Counted from the stretch's first letter, positions 1 to 13,980 are shown. The stretch: DNA of 64,000 nt from Camelus ferus (GCF_009834535.1 NC_045696.1:89282001-89346000); one strand, 5' to 3'. Notes: generated from the sequence alone by a model not told the origin. Program-made: numbers and translations.

Positions 1-1049
1 TTTATGGCTACTTGTGCAATGAAACACGGGATTTTTATTTTGAAGTCACCTTTGGCATCCAATAAAAGTGTATTTACTTATCAGGGACTTGGATGGCTCT
101 GGTCCCTGTGAGCTGCACAACAGGCCTTCATAGGTTGCCTTTCACGCTAGTAGTAAGAAAATCTGTTGTCATCCTCTGAATACTGCTCCTCATTAAACGC
201 AGATCAGTTTGTCCCGTGCTGCCTAGACTGTCTTTCTGTCTTGTGCATCAGAGTTGTTGAATCCACCACGCGTGTTGTGGTCCTTGTGCACTGATGACCT
301 GGGGTGCAGAGAGAATACGTGTTTTGTTCTCAAGAATGTTGGATCCCTCACATGACGGTTGAACGAGGGGTCGTCACATCCAGGCACAGTTCAGTCTGAT
401 TGTGCCGTTAGGCCTTCCTCATCTGGAGGGAGTGGGTTGTTCCCCAGGAGACTCAGATTTATCACCGGGTCCCCACTGCTTTATTTACATTAATCAGAAA
501 CTCATTGTCTCTCTTCTGTTTTGTAGCTTTCCACCCATAGAAGCAAGGGCAATATGCACTTGTGCGTGGTGCACTGTGGCATGTTGGGCATACTCTGCTA
601 TACTTTGACTGTTATAACTGGAGACTTTTATAAGCATTTGATCATCAAGGTTTATTGTTACATAGTACACCACGAGCTGTACAATACATGGTCTGATGGC
701 CCAGTGGGAAATGCTTCCTGGGAATTCCTAACTTAATGATATCCTTTGTAGTAGATGCAACCTGATAAAAAAGAGCCAGAAGATACCGGAACATTCTAGA
801 GTTCCACTCAGTCATGAACAATTGGTTCAGTTCGCCATTATATCATATGACTAAAATGTCTCCCAGAGCGATACACTCTGGTTTGCAGATTGCCACTTGA
901 CCTTGTGAGATTCCAAAAGCGGAGGTGGTTTTGGCAAACATATGTCTTTAGCCTTTCAGGCATCTGATATAATCGTGCTAAGAAACAATAACTTTCTGTT
1001 GCTCTGAGCCTCTCTAGAGGCAGCAATACCATATCGGATTTCCCTTGTT

Positions 1050-3560
1050 GCATAATTCATTTATTCATTCCTGTATCCCTAGCTACTATTTCTCCTTCTC
1101 TCCATTTGTCATTGATTTTTACCCAAACTTTCCCACTTTTCGAAGGGATGTTAGGTGCAGCCACTGTGCTGGTCCAGATTTCTGGCATCAATTCCAGTCT
1201 AGCGAGTACCTCCCCCTTAGTCCAAACTCTGTTCATACAGAGTGAGGTTACATAGGCACAGAGCTGGTAGGCTACCTCCACCATGGGGCCACACAGTTGC
1301 ATTCACTGTCACTTGTATTTTGTCAAATAGAGTGAAGGCACGATACAGCCCAGTAAGCCCTTAGGAGTTCTGGCATAAAGCTTTCAAAGGTATAGTTACA
1401 ATCTTTTGTTTAAGGATCCCTTCTGCTTCATCCTACTTGCAGGACCCATGGTTGCAGCCCTGGTCCTAGAACCACTGAATCAGTTAGGAAAAAAAGGAAG
1501 TTAAGGTGATGTGGGGAATAATTGTCTAGTAGTACTAGCATCCTCCCCACACCCTCTCCCTCAAAGGAAAAGAAAAGCAGAGGAAATCTATTGAGTGGGG
1601 AGGCCTCCTGGGCCCCCTTCATGTTGAGTGTGAGCACACACTCAGGAAGGTATGTAAACAACCAGGCCTGCATGACTTTATCTCCCCCAGTTTAAAAAAA
1701 CTGGGAGGGGGGTGTGCAGGTAATTAGGTTTATTTATTTATTTATTTTTAATGGAGGTACTGGGGATTGAACCCAGGACCTCGTGTATGCTAAGCATGTA
1801 CTCTACCACTGGGCAATAAATATTTCAATTGCCCCTGCCAATTCTCTATCAAATCACTGCTCTGAGGATGACTGGCAACATGATCCGTCCATTTGATATG
1901 ATATTTCTTTGCCCACTGATGGACTCTACGTGCTGTAAAGTGTGTTCCTTAGTTTGAAGAAATGTAACTCATTTCTTCGTCCAAACCGGAACAGTATCTT
2001 CTGCTCCACTCCTTTTATAGTAGTTTAAGCATTTGCATCTACCACTGGGTATGCAAAGCCCAGTCCAAAGTAAGTGTCTATTTCTGTCAGGACCCATTTA
2101 TAGCTTCCCAGGGCTACTGGCAGCCGTCCAATATAGTCTCCTTGCCAGCTATGCTGGGGGTGTGGGGGGGTCTTCTTCCCCGGAATCTGCCTCCCAGCCA
2201 TCTGTGGTCCCTGTCTTGTTGGCAGACAGGACAGTTCTGGTTGGCATTTTGTGGCTCTGCAGGTGCAAGAGGATGATGTCAACTATCAGCCCATTTCAGC
2301 ATTGCTACAGGCCCCTCCAACCCAGATTCACTCATTTCATGGACCCAGTTGAACACTTTAAGTGAGTGTGTGTACCAGGACATCCAATTGCTGGTTCCAA
2401 TCACCTCTGGATCTGGGAAGGATGTTCTAATGGGCCTTGACATGTCCTATTTAATGCTCCCCTTAAATTCCCATAGTGATTTCCATACATGCCCCATATG
2501 GACATCCACTTAATAAGCCAGTTTTCTATTGCCCATCTGCCTGACCATATGGCCAAGCCATTCGCCACTGCCCAAGAGAAGGAATACGCCCAGACTTTGG
2601 GGCTCTCATTATTGTTCACTTCTCCCACCACTGCGAGGAAAACACATGCAGTCTAGCCTGCTAAGCTGATTTATTCTCAAATTTTTCAATTATAGCTTTT
2701 CCCATTAGTTGGTCACAGTGTACAGCCTTTCAAACAGGTTGCTGCCCATTGACTTTAGAATTGCCATCTATAAACCAAGCAGCTTTGTAGGTTAGCTGAG
2801 AGCTATTCATAAGATACCACCCATGTGTCAATAGGATGCAGTAGCTCCTTAAATGGTTCCAAAGTTGGCCCTAGAGGAAATGAGCCTACCTGCTTGTGAA
2901 TATGTGAAAACCTCTTTGCATTCCTCTAGCAGCACGTTCCTGAATAAACCACTTCCATTTTATTATGGAGCTTTCTGGGCACCAGCTTCCTAATTGGAAT
3001 GTTTCTTCAACATCACCTGAGACATTATGCATGTTTCAGGTTTCAAGATTATTTTATGTCTTTCAGACATAGAGCAGTTTCCATTAATGCTCGATAACTG
3101 CAAGCCAATAATTGCGTCTCAAATGACATATACCATAACGCTGCATCTGAAAACTTTCTCATCCTAAATCCCAGGGGTCACCACTGGGCAGCATTCATGG
3201 GCTGCTGCCATAAGTTCCAGTCTGTGTTGGGTATGAATCGAAGAAACTTCCAAAATCGTATCTGAGTATGAATCATAAGGGCCTGATATGGATTGAGCCA
3301 TGGCTTTTTGCTGTTAAGGCTCCTTCCATTCAAACACAGCATTCTTTCAGGGAGCTTTATGAGTGGAACCAGCAGTCCTCCCAGATCTGGAATCCGCATC
3401 GTCCAAATCCAAACCCCAAGGTGCTGTGCTCCTGCCTTAGTGCCCAGGGCCGGTATGACAGCTGCTTATTTTCAGTTGTCCGTGGAATGTCAGGGGTGGC
3501 TTCTGCCCAGGTTACTTCCAAGAATTTCATCGTTTGGGTGAGCTCTAGAGGAGAATTCTT
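1050..3560 (-). mobile_element. Degenerate ERVL (class III) internal pol remnant: RT, RNase H, integrase fragments
   Basis: Minus-strand fragments WQGDYIGRLP...VLTEIDTYFGLGFAYPV (integrase), SWAVANGLAIWSGRW (RNase H), IPDLGGLLVPLIKL (RT); broken by stops and frameshifts; may extend to position 1. Confidence 0.8.
1704..1815 (-). mobile_element. tRNA-derived SINE (vic-1-like) inserted in the ERVL remnant
   Basis: Reverse complement of ...cagtggtagagtacatgcttagcatacacgaggtcctgggttcaatccccagtacctcc + aaataaat tail. Confidence 0.85.
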
Positions 3561-3569
3561 GCCTCAAGT

Positions 3570-3702
3570 GCAAGTGTGGCCCTTCTGAAGCCTCGATTTT
3601 AAACTTCCAGCCGCTAAAACTGTGAGAGAACACATTTCCATTCTTTGAAGCCCCCATGTTTCTGGTCGTTTGTTGCGCGCAGTCACAGGAAAATAATACA
3701 GC
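3570..3702 (+). mobile_element. MLT1-type (MaLR) LTR 3' fragment
   Basis: gattttaaacttccagcc...aactgtgagagaacacatttcc...aagccccc...gcagtcacaggaaaataataca. Confidence 0.65.
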
Positions 3703-3962
3703 AGGGGTGTGGCCTGGGCCTGGTATGTTTTAATCCTGGGGTGCTTCTAATCTGCGACCAGGGTGGGAAACCCGGGAGTGGGGCATTTCAGAAGCATCTC
3801 CCTAGCAGTTTTCCTCAGCTCAGGGCCTAAATGCTTTTTGTAATATTGTGATGTCTTTTGAATTATGTTTTTATTATCTTTCAGCAGAACAAATATTTAA
3901 TGCATTATGGGAACAGCCAGGGTCTATAAAGTTTACAGCATATAAAAATATATACCCAGGAA

Positions 3963-4132
3963 GGGGGTGGGTAGAGCTCAGTGGTAGAGCACGTGCCTAG
4001 CAAGCATGAGGTCCTGGGTTCAGTCCAAGTACCTCCATTAAAAAAATAAATAAAACCTAATTACTCCCCTTTAGAAAAAATATACAGTGCTGTATGTCAG
4101 TTATATCTCAATAAAACTAGAAAGAAAAAATT
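3963..4132 (+). mobile_element. vic-1-like SINE followed by an L1 3'-end fragment
   Basis: Pol III A/B boxes (agctcagtgg, gggttcagtcc), then tgtatgtcagttatatctcaataaaact + A-rich tail. Confidence 0.8.
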
Positions 4133-4770
4133 TTTATATATACACCATGTACATATATAAAGTACAAGGTATAAAAAGCTTCATGTACAGGTATATAGGT
4201 ATCTGAACCTTAAGTACAAGTCCCTACACCCAGGATTTTGTCCTCTAAGGCCATTTGGGCTGTATCTGCAGCTGTGTTGTTTGCTACTTCTTTGTCTGAT
4301 TTATGAATTTTCCTATTCCTTCCTTCCCCTGCCTTCCTGTCCCACCCCCTGCTGCCTGTCTGTGAACAGTTTCTTCCGGGGCTCATCAGTACCTCTGGAA
4401 AGACTGGCCTGAGGAAGGGAAGGGGCCATGCCAGCTGCCCACCTGCCGCTGCTCTGTCTGTGGGAGGAGATATGGCGTGGGGAGGAGGAGACAGCCTTTG
4501 TGAGGTTCCTGGTGGTTTACCCTGTCTCCATGTCTCTAGACAGGGAGATCCTGCTTCTGATGTACAGTCATCTTTCAGTGTAGACCTTGAGGAAGAAGAT
4601 GCTGGAGAATGTTAGGTGGTACCTGTACTCAGAGAAAGAGACTTCTGTTTACTCTTTTAAAGGAGTGGGGAGTAACTGAACTTATATTCTGAAAGTTTCC
4701 AGGGACTTGGATTCAACACAAATTTGATAGTCTCTGAAGCCTATGTTTTCTCCACCATACCCTGCCTCTT

Positions 4771-4772
<2 letters not shown>

Positions 4773-4808
<36 letters not shown>

Positions 4809-4825
4809 GTATATATATATATATA
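4773..4825. repeat. (CA)n/(TA)n microsatellite
   Basis: Visible dinucleotide runs. Confidence 0.95.
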
Positions 4826-4884
4826 CTCATACTGATATATATTGATATATATGTAAAAACATATATACTGATACTGATCTGTAT

Positions 4885-5215
4885 ACTGACACATTCAACA
4901 GTGTGGATCACCCTCAAAAACATTATGCAAAGTGAAAAAATACAGGCACAAAGACTACATGTTGTATGATTCCATTTATATAAAGTGTCCAGAAAAGGCA
5001 AACCCATAGAATCAGAAAATAGATTCATGGTTGCTTAGGGCTGGAGGTGGGAAAGGGGATTAACTATGAATGGGTAGGAAGGATCTTTTGGGGATGATGG
5101 AAATGTTCTGGTGGATGAAAATGTGAAGGTTGTACAATCTGGTAAATTTACTAAAAATCATGGAATTATACACTTCAAATTATTTTACAGTATGTAAATT
5201 ATACCTCCATAAACT
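4885..5215 (+). mobile_element. Old L1 (L1M) 3' end
   Basis: aacattatgcaaagtgaaaaaa...tgattccatttatataaagtgtccagaaaaggcaaa...aaattatacctccataaa. Confidence 0.8.
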
Positions 5216-5216
5216 T

Positions 5217-5261
5217 GTATATATATATATATATATATATGTATATGTGTATATATATATA

Positions 5262-5310
<49 letters not shown>

Positions 5311-5324
5311 ATATATATATATAT
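5217..5324. repeat. Interrupted (TA)n/(TG) microsatellite
   Basis: About 108-nt run; source of the YIYI... ORFs. Confidence 0.97.
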
Positions 5325-5699
5325 AATGGCTAATGTAACTCTGTGCTATCAGAGTCACACAGTAAATGATTTCATCTTTAGTGCAGCACACTCGGGGCAC
5401 AGCCTCCTTTCCTCGGAGGGGCTAGGGCACCATGCACCTGTCTAATCCTGAAAAGTCAAGAGACCAACATCTGCTAGAGTAATCTGAGGCCCAGGGAGTT
5501 TTGCTCACCAGAACTTCAGGTTAATCCAGGGCCTTTCTCCCACCAGATAGTTTGGAAAAGTGACACTGTTTTGTTTTGTTTTTCCTCATCAGTACCATAC
5601 TGGGATATGTGCAAAGGTTTTATTATTATCATCCAAGGAAAATCATTAAAACCATATTACTACTCTAGACTCTAAGTAGGGTCTTGGTTTTGCTTCCTT

Positions 5700-6035
5700 T
5701 ATCAGGCAGGGTGGACGGAGTTATGCTGCAGTAGTGAAAGACATCCAGGTCCCAGCGGCTTAAAAGAACAGGAGTTTATTACACACTTTTGCTCCATGAC
5801 ATTGAGGGCTGGTGGGGGACTTTGCTCCACGTGGTCCTTACTCAGGGACTCAGGCTGACAAAGCCTCCACCATCTAGATGTTACCAGTGCCATGGCAGGA
5901 GGAAGGAAATATGGAGAATTACATACTGGCTCTTAAATGCTTCTATCCAGAAGTCACAAGCATCTCTTCCACTCACGTTTTTGGACAGAGCAAGTCACAT
6001 AACATCATCTAACTTCAAAGGAGCAGACAGGTAGG
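5700..6035 (-). mobile_element. Old MLT1 LTR
   Basis: agttatgctgcagta...ggcttaaaagaacaggagtttatt...cagggactcaggctgac...aagtcacataacatcatctaacttcaaagga. Confidence 0.6.
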
Positions 6036-7589
6036 ATTCTCTCTCCTGCTAGGAACTAGAGGGGACAGGAGGTGGGGGGACAAAATAATGCTCGTCACAC
6101 CTGCTTTCACCAGAAGACACCGGAGTGGTAGAGGCTTACCAGGCCCTCTGCTGGGGGAGGGTGACCAACTGTCCCCTTTTGCCTGAGGAATGTCCACAAG
6201 TTGGGGGCACTTTCTGCACTAAAACTGGGAGAGTTTGAGGTGGGTTGAGATGGTGGCTCAACAAGGCTGGCTTCTGCCTTAAGTTGCACATCCTGGGCCT
6301 GGAGGAGGAAGGCGTCTCTCTGCCCACATATATCCTTTCAGAAAATCGACCTCAAGCCCTTTTGGACATTAAAAAAAAAGTGAGTTTACTACAGAGTCTG
6401 CCCAAGGAGTTCCCATTGGTCTCTAGCTCTAAGAGGGAACTGGAGCTCTTGTCTCCCCCGACAGGGCCTGGAAACATCCCTTGCTCATTGAAAACCATTG
6501 CAGCGCATTGCAGCGTTGGCCTTCACCACTTGCTTGAAGCTTTGGTTGGTGCCCACTGCAGACCGTGGAGTGAGTCCATCCCTTCCCGAGGGAGCTACCT
6601 ACAGCTGATGAGGCTTGAGCCTCAGAGCTCCTTCCTTGCATGGGGCCCTTAGTGCGTTTCCATGGTCATGGGTTTTTTGTAAAATTTACAGAAGAAGGAT
6701 AGGTTTATATTCTTTTTTCTGAAAGGGGGCTTCCCAAATGACATATTCTTCAGGCCCCACAAAAAGTTCCAGATTGCCTCGGAATGTGACCCCTAAGCTC
6801 CTCAACTCTTCCTCATGCTTCAGATGCGAAAGGGCATGACTTTCCTCAGGAAAACCTTTCCCATCTCCCTGTGTAGCCATTTCCCCCTCTGGTACATTTC
6901 CAGAGCATCATGTACCTCCTATTCGTAGCATCAGAGTTGCAGTTTTAACATAGACTTGTAATGTTGTGTGATTCATGTCTGTCTCCCCTGAGAGTCTGTC
7001 CACTCTGGGAAGGCGGAGCCCACATCTACCTTCATTCATCATGTGTATCTCTGGTGCCGGCCATGGTGCTCGCGACATGGTCAGAGCTCAGTAAATGTTC
7101 CATGAGTAATATCAGTATATTATGTCTCTTGCATGCATAAAAAATTATTTGGGTTAAGTTTATTTTGAAGAATTTGTTGTATCCTTAGAAATAATTGGAG
7201 ACAACTCAAAATTTTGCAAAATTAAGGCTGTCACTGCTCTAGGTTAATATCTAGATATTGTATCTAGATATATCTAGATAATCTAGGATAACACTCATAC
7301 ACTCTAGTGGGATCACCATTTCTACCCGGGGAACTTAAACCTCAGTTAACCGAGAATCTGAAAAGATCTCATGTTTAATGCTCCATTTAGCTCCAGAATT
7401 CCTTGAATATACATAGGAGAAAGCTCAGCAGTTACACAACACCCAGCAAACAATCCTTGTGCGATGTTCACAATAGAATTCAAATTCTAGAGTCATCATG
7501 CAAAATTGTAGCTCCAATCTGGTGCTTCAATTACACCGTCTTTTCAATATTAGTGGTAGGTAACACTTATCGAACACTTGCTTTGTGCC

Positions 7590-7725
7590 AGGCACTGAGC
7601 ACGTTACTTTACGCACACTAGCTAAATCCTAACAATGCTCTTCTTATACTATTATCCTCATTTTACAAAGGATAAAACTGAGGCTCAGTGAGGATAGGTA
7701 ACTTGCCCAAGGTCACAGAGTGGTG
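7590..7725 (-). mobile_element. MIR SINE
   Basis: attatcctcattttacaaagg-aaactgaggctcag...aacttgcccaaggtcacag. Confidence 0.75.
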
Positions 7726-8194
7726 AAACTCAAGGAGGAAAAGAGTCCTGGTTGTCCTAATATTCACTCTGCCCTTCTTCCTTAGTAAACCCTATACATT
7801 TTAGCTGAGCACACGGCTGCCAGGAGAACGTCAGCCCTCTCCAGCCTTCCTGGGGTCGGGCCATGAGACGGAGTTCTCACCCGTGGGAGGCGGGCAGGAT
7901 GCATTCATGCTTATAAAAGGAAGGGGCACGGGCTTCTTTTCTTTCTTCCTTCTCCTCTGGCTGGAAAGCAGAGCCGGCGGTGGAAGTGGGAGAAAGTGTC
8001 CTGATGGTTATGGCCAAACTAATTTGCTGGGATTGGAAGCCAGGTCTGTCTAATGCTAGGGCCTGTGCTAAGCTAGGCTTTCAAAGGCCTTTCAAAGGCA
8101 ACTGTGTTTTTGAAGAATTTAGCAGAACCCAGAGGTCATCGCTCTTGGAAAGAAAAAAGGCTTTGGTGATGAATCTACATGGGGATGGATGTCC

Positions 8195-8395
8195 ACTTCA
8201 ATATTTACTGAGCGACCATGGGTAAGTTTCTTAATCTCTCTGTCCCTCAGTCTCCTCATCTGTAAAATGGGAATGATAATAGTATCTACCCCTTAGGGCA
8301 GATGTGAGGACTAAGCAAGACAATACACATGAAAGAGCTCAGTGCTATTGCCAATTACATTGTAAAGTGCAGTGAACGTTAATGATTATTATTAT
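8195..8395 (+). mobile_element. MIR SINE
   Basis: ttaatctctctgtccctcagtctcctcatctgtaaaatgggaatgataatagta. Confidence 0.8.
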
Positions 8396-10226
8396 TATAG
8401 TTATTCAACTGTATAATCAACTGTATAGTGTTGATAATGTTGATAGTACCAAAGGGGATTTAAGATAATATATTTAAAATGCTTGGCATAATCCTTAGCA
8501 TATAGTAGGCACACCACAAATGGCAGTTACTACCAATACATACATACCCAGAATAGAAAAGGACCCCTCTCCCCACAAAAAAGGCGAATAAATGAATGCG
8601 AATAAAGACATTGCAGTTGAGATGAGATGGTGATAGTAAGTATTTTTCACCATACATTTGCAGAGCAGGGATTTTATAACAGTAGAAACCAAACAAAACT
8701 GCTTTAAACTGAAACCTTATTTCCTTGGACAGGCTTTGCCACGGATATTTGACCTTGAGACCTCACCCAATTTAAAACCCTGTTGAAAAGCCTTTCACTT
8801 GGATGTAACATCAATGACAAAGAAAGAACTGCAGTTGGTGAAATTCATAACAGATGGTAAAAGAACCATAGGGTGTGACCTACTGGTAAGAGACAGATAA
8901 AAGGAAACCATTGTGTCTTTCTAGAGATAAAAATAGAAGAGACTCATTATTTGAAAAACTCAAAATAAACATTGATTTTGAGAACAGAAGACCTGAATTC
9001 TGCTCTTATCATTGTTCTGGTCCTTTTGTTGCCTTTTAACCTCCTAGAATTGATCCTGTAGGACATTGGAGAAGAACTTGGAAAGTAGAGGATAAATAAC
9101 AAATAATTGAAATGGTCATCATTTTAGTTCTTCAAAATAGTTCAAAAGAAATGTATAAAATTTTCTCAGTTACTTTCTGCAGAAGACTTTAAATAATGAA
9201 GCAATTTCAGTGTGATCAGCTCTTTCCATCTTGGTTTCTGGGAGTTCCTTTATTGCTCATTAATATGCACTTCATCACTGATATTAGCTTTTCGTGGTAA
9301 TAGTTTCACCATAATCCAAGGAGAGAAAAAGGGGGTCGCTGATCCTGGGGTCAGCATCCTGGTGGGTGATTCAGTTCAGTTAGATGCATATTTGTGGAGT
9401 GTTACTTAAGTAATAAGGAACCCCTTTTATTGGAATAACACATTACAGTTTTCAGTTTACTATCACATACTTGAACTCATTTGGCTGTGGTTACAGGGTC
9501 ACAGCACAAGGGTTTGAAGATTTGTGATCTTGGCACTCTCAGGCAGGTCACTCTGTGTCTCTCTTTTCCAATCTGTAAAATGGACGTAACACTACTCTCT
9601 TGATCTGCCACACAGAGTTGTCCTGGAGCACAAATGAAAATATGTGTATGGGCAAGTAAACTGTAAAGTTCTGTGTACATAGAAACTATCATTTTAAAAC
9701 AATATTAAAGATGAGGAAACTGAGGCTCTGCAATGTCCCTGCACTTGCTACGGGTGACTGGGCAGGGAAAGGCAGAGCTGGACTCCACCATTCTTCCAAA
9801 AAGAAATACATTGGGAGTGGAGGTCTGTCATTCTTTTTGGCCACCCAGCAGCGGAACCCCCTTGCCTACATTTTAAAGACTCCCTCCTCTCATTATTTAA
9901 ACTCATTACTTAAACTGAAAATGCTGCCCCCTTTCCTGACCTCCCCTCACCTAGGGGGCAGGCTGTGACCTGGGTCCCCAGGGTGCTGTCCTCAGTGAGC
10001 CCACAGTGACTTGGATTTTCTTCCAAATGTTAACATCCCAAATTTGGCTCTCTCGCCCTCCTGGAGGAGAGTCTGGGAACTACTGGTATCTCATAAACCA
10101 GTGCTTCTCAAACTGTAAGGTGCATACAGATCACCAGGAAGTTGTGTTACAGTGTAGAGCTGGGTGGGCCCAAGTTTCTGCATTTCTTATTTTTTAAATT
10201 TATTTCTTATTTTATTTTTTAATTTT

Positions 10227-10348
10227 TTGGGGCGGTAGATAACTAGGTTTACTTATTTATTTATTTTTAATGGAAGTACTAGGCATTGAACCCAGGACCT
10301 TATATATGCTGAGCATGTACGCCTACCACTTGAGCTATACCCTCCCCC
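10227..10348 (-). mobile_element. vic-1-like SINE inserted in a MER5-like DNA transposon (~10098-10415)
   Basis: aatggaagtactaggcattgaacccaggacc...gagctataccctcccc; flanks cagtgcttctcaaact and tctaacaagctcccag. Confidence 0.8.
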
Positions 10349-10956
10349 TGAGACTTAGTTCTAACAAGCTCCCAGATGCTGCTGCTGCTGGCCTGTGGAC
10401 CTCACTTTGTGCAGCAAAATTTTCTAAATTTGTTTTCAGCTTGACTAACACCCTAATACTTACAGATTCTACAATCAAAAGTTGAGGGACAGGGTTTACA
10501 CATAAAACAATGCCAAAACATAAGAAAAGGAAAATTCGGAATTTTTCTGGAATGACAATTATTCTGTTGTCTTCTAGGGGGAAGAAAGAACCAGATGTTG
10601 TTGAATTTTTACAATTAAGGTGAGTTAAGATTGTGCTGAGTGATGTTTTATTGTTCTGCAATAGCCCTAGAGTTAATTGAAGACCCAGGGATATACCATA
10701 AAACTAGATTAGGAAATCAGTCCACAAGGTATTTACATCGTCAGGTGCATGATTAGAATGGGGGTGGAAGGGGTGTAGGAGGCAGGAATGATAACTTCAG
10801 ACTAAGTTCTCTTTCCTGGAATCTCTTCCTCCCACACTCCATGTCTCTTTAAGTAACTGAGACAAACAGACAATGTTCAGCTGGATAAAGGCAAAAGCAG
10901 AGTAGCCCTCGCCAAAATGATGGTAACAGTTGTCGACAATAGAAGCCTAAAGACTA

Positions 10957-11310
10957 GTGTCTATGTCATCTCAAGCTGACATAACAAAATACCACAGCCT
11001 GGGTGGCTTAAACGCAGACATTTCTTTCTCACAGCACTGGAGGCTAGCAGATTTGGTCTTTGGTAAGGGCCCACTTCCTGGCTCACAGATGGCTGCCTTC
11101 TTGCTATTTCTTCACATGATGGAGAGAGAGAGCTCGGTGTCTCTTTTTCTTCTTATATGGACATGAACCTCATTTTGGAGGCCTCACCATCATGACCTCA
11201 TCTAAACCCAATTACCTCCTAGAGGCCGCACCTCCTAATACCATTGCATTGGGGGTCAGACTTCAGTGAATTTGGGAGGTGGTGGGGAAACACACATTCA
11301 GTCCATTACA
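10957..11310 (-). mobile_element. MLT1A-like LTR
   Basis: cataacaaaataccacagcctgggtggcttaaac...catgacctcatctaaacccaattacctcc...cacattcagtccattaca. Confidence 0.8.
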
Positions 11311-13645
11311 ACTGGATAAAGATTCTTCTAGATAAGTGATTTTGCTTCAGTGCTGCGATTCCGTCAGTTCTGGGCGAAGTTCCCTGCTGTCAGGGGTGGT
11401 GTGTTTCGCTGTGATGAATGTCTATCATGGTGAGCAGTGGGCGACACTTCCCTTTCTCTGTGGAACCTGGAGGCTGGCACATTTTGTCAGCTGGAGAAGC
11501 AGGTGCCTAGCAAGCCCCAGGATGCCATGAAAAGTACCTTAAGCGAAGAATTGGATGTCCTTGTTCTAGGAAAAACAAACAATGCAAGTTCAAAGTCGCT
11601 CAGAACTCAAGAGAACGTATCAAGTGGCCTTTAGGAAGAAAAGCAAAAGTTGCGTGAACACATAACTAAAGAATTCCCCTGGCTATTGTCACTACCCAAA
11701 GAGGACCCTATTGTTGCTTACTTGGCTGCACCCACCTTTCCAGGCCTGCACAGAAGACAAGAGTCTACAACACAGAGAAAACAGACACAGAGAGAAAACT
11801 GAGCAATTTTTGCCATATTTAAATCAGAAAATGCCTGGTCTCTGATTCACGGCTTACACAAGCGATTCTAACCCTGATATTGCAGTATTTAAGGAATTCT
11901 CCCTCTAAGATGTCTCCGGGAAACCCTCTCTCTTCAAATCTCTCTCCACTAACACAGTCTCTCCAAAAATTAAAATAAATAAACTTACATTTTTAGTCTA
12001 AAAACATGCATGCCTCAAATTTCATACAGTACATTTAGTATCAAAATGAAATAATTTAAGTAAAGTACTTTATAAACGGAATAGTGCAAAATAAAGAGCA
12101 AAATTTGTTACTAAGATGGATAGACTTTTGAGATATATTTTAGGGTGAAAACAAATTGAGAAACCATGCATATATAATACAGTTTTTGAGGCAAGCACAC
12201 ACACAGTGGTTTTTTTTTGACAATATATCTGAAGATGCTGGGGAAATGGTCTGGAAGGGGCACTTCCAACTGAGTTGAGTAATGACCCCAGCAGAAGGAT
12301 TAAACAATAACCACCACGTACAAAAATCCAAGCACGTACCTTACCTAGAGAGTGTCCCAAGAACAAACAAGCCCTATTTGGGCCTCAGATTTAACCAAAT
12401 GTTTTGGGCAAAATCATACACAAACACATTTAAGTCAAAGGAGAAGGAGCTAGAAAAATGACCACCTTATCCCATTGCCCTCCTCTCTCACTCAAATAAC
12501 GTCTCGGCCTCCGCTCCCTCAGCAAAGAGTGGCCAAAATGAAGTGGCCAAAAACCAAAAGAGTGAACCAAAATGAAGATGAGGAAGTCAGTTCTGGGCCG
12601 GGACATCCTGATCATTTGTGGGACCGTGGGCGAGGGTACAAACAGACGTCCATATGTAATATGTCTAAACATGTAGAAGTTATAAATTGAGCGAACACAC
12701 TGTTAAATGAAATATACTGTGTTTTCCTGCCTTGACAATTATTCCTGTCAAATGACATGGAAGGGCAGGTCAAGCTAGAGTTCTCAGTCCACACTAGTGT
12801 GAGACAGTGTTAGGAGAGCTGGCTCGGGGTCGGTGGGCCTCCCTTCTCACTTTCCATGGCTGGTCCATCTGCACGGCCAGGGGCTCTGTGCTCACGTGTG
12901 GACCACTCAGCTTGCACAAGCAAGCTCCACACACATTCCTTTAATCACTGTGCTCGGCCCTGGTGTGTGTTCTCTAGTGGTAGGTCCCGCTTCTGGAAAG
13001 CTGGACCTGGGGAATGTCCTCTGCAGTCCCTGGAAATGGCCTCAGGAACTATTTGGATAGGGGTGTGGGGTCTCATCTAGAAGTGAGGGTGAGGCACAGG
13101 CTCTGGAAGGGCACATCTCTTGGGCCTCATGGATGCCTCCCTTCCTGGGGCTGTGGCTGGAGGAGGGCCATGGAAGGGTCCTCTGGAGCCAGGGTCCCAG
13201 GGTCCCAGGGTAGGCTCCCTCTTACACTGGCCTAAGGTCAGTGCTGTTCTTGGTTGGGGGATGCCCTGGGCTCAGGTCCTGATGAGTTAAGGGAATGCCA
13301 GGGTCATTCTGACTATGTTATATATAGAACCCAACCAAGTCAGTGAATTAGCCTCACTCTTCCCACTTTGCACAAAACATGGATAGTTGAAAATATGAGC
13401 CACACAGCCAGCAGCAAGACTTTCTTCCCTATGAGAGATATCCAGGGCTGGGTCAGAGACTGACTGATGAAACCAGATCCACCTCTTCATCTCATCATCT
13501 TATTTCACTGGAGTAGCAGGCAGAATTGTTGACACTGCGATTGTTCTCTCTCCCTCTTTTGCAGAGCAAGTAGGGTTGAATTTACCTAAGTTAAAAGTGC
13601 AAATAATGTAATTCCATGGCACAAACTATGGGATCTTATTTCCTT

Positions 13646-13980
13646 TTGTATTAGTTATTTTTTGCTGCATAACAGATTACCCCCAAATTTCACAGCTTAA
13701 AACAACAAATATTTATTATTTCATAGTTTGTATGCGGCAGGAATCTGTAAGTGGCTTAGTTGGCTGATTGTGGCTCAGGGTCTGTCATGACATTGCAGGC
13801 AAGCTGTCCATCAGGGCAACAGGTTTCTGAAAACTCCGGGTTGGGGGAGAGGCAGTTGAAGGATCCACTTCCAAGTCCACTCACATGTTTTTTCAGGCTT
13901 TAGTTGCCCACAGTTCTTCGTGGGCCTCAGTTGCTTGTCATATGAAGCCAAAGGAGAATTTCCAGAAGAGACAAGTGAGA
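13646..13980 (-). mobile_element. MLT1 LTR
   Basis: tgtattagttattttttgctgcataacagattacccccaaatttcacagcttaaaacaacaaatatttattatttcatagtt. Confidence 0.75.

Noticed and set aside
3963..4040. tRNA-like sequences with A/B boxes (eight copies in the window)
   Set aside because: SINE heads with a shared AT-rich tail and TSDs, not tRNA genes
4724..5445. ORFs rich in YI/CV/HT dipeptides
   Set aside because: Translations of dinucleotide microsatellites and an L1 3' end
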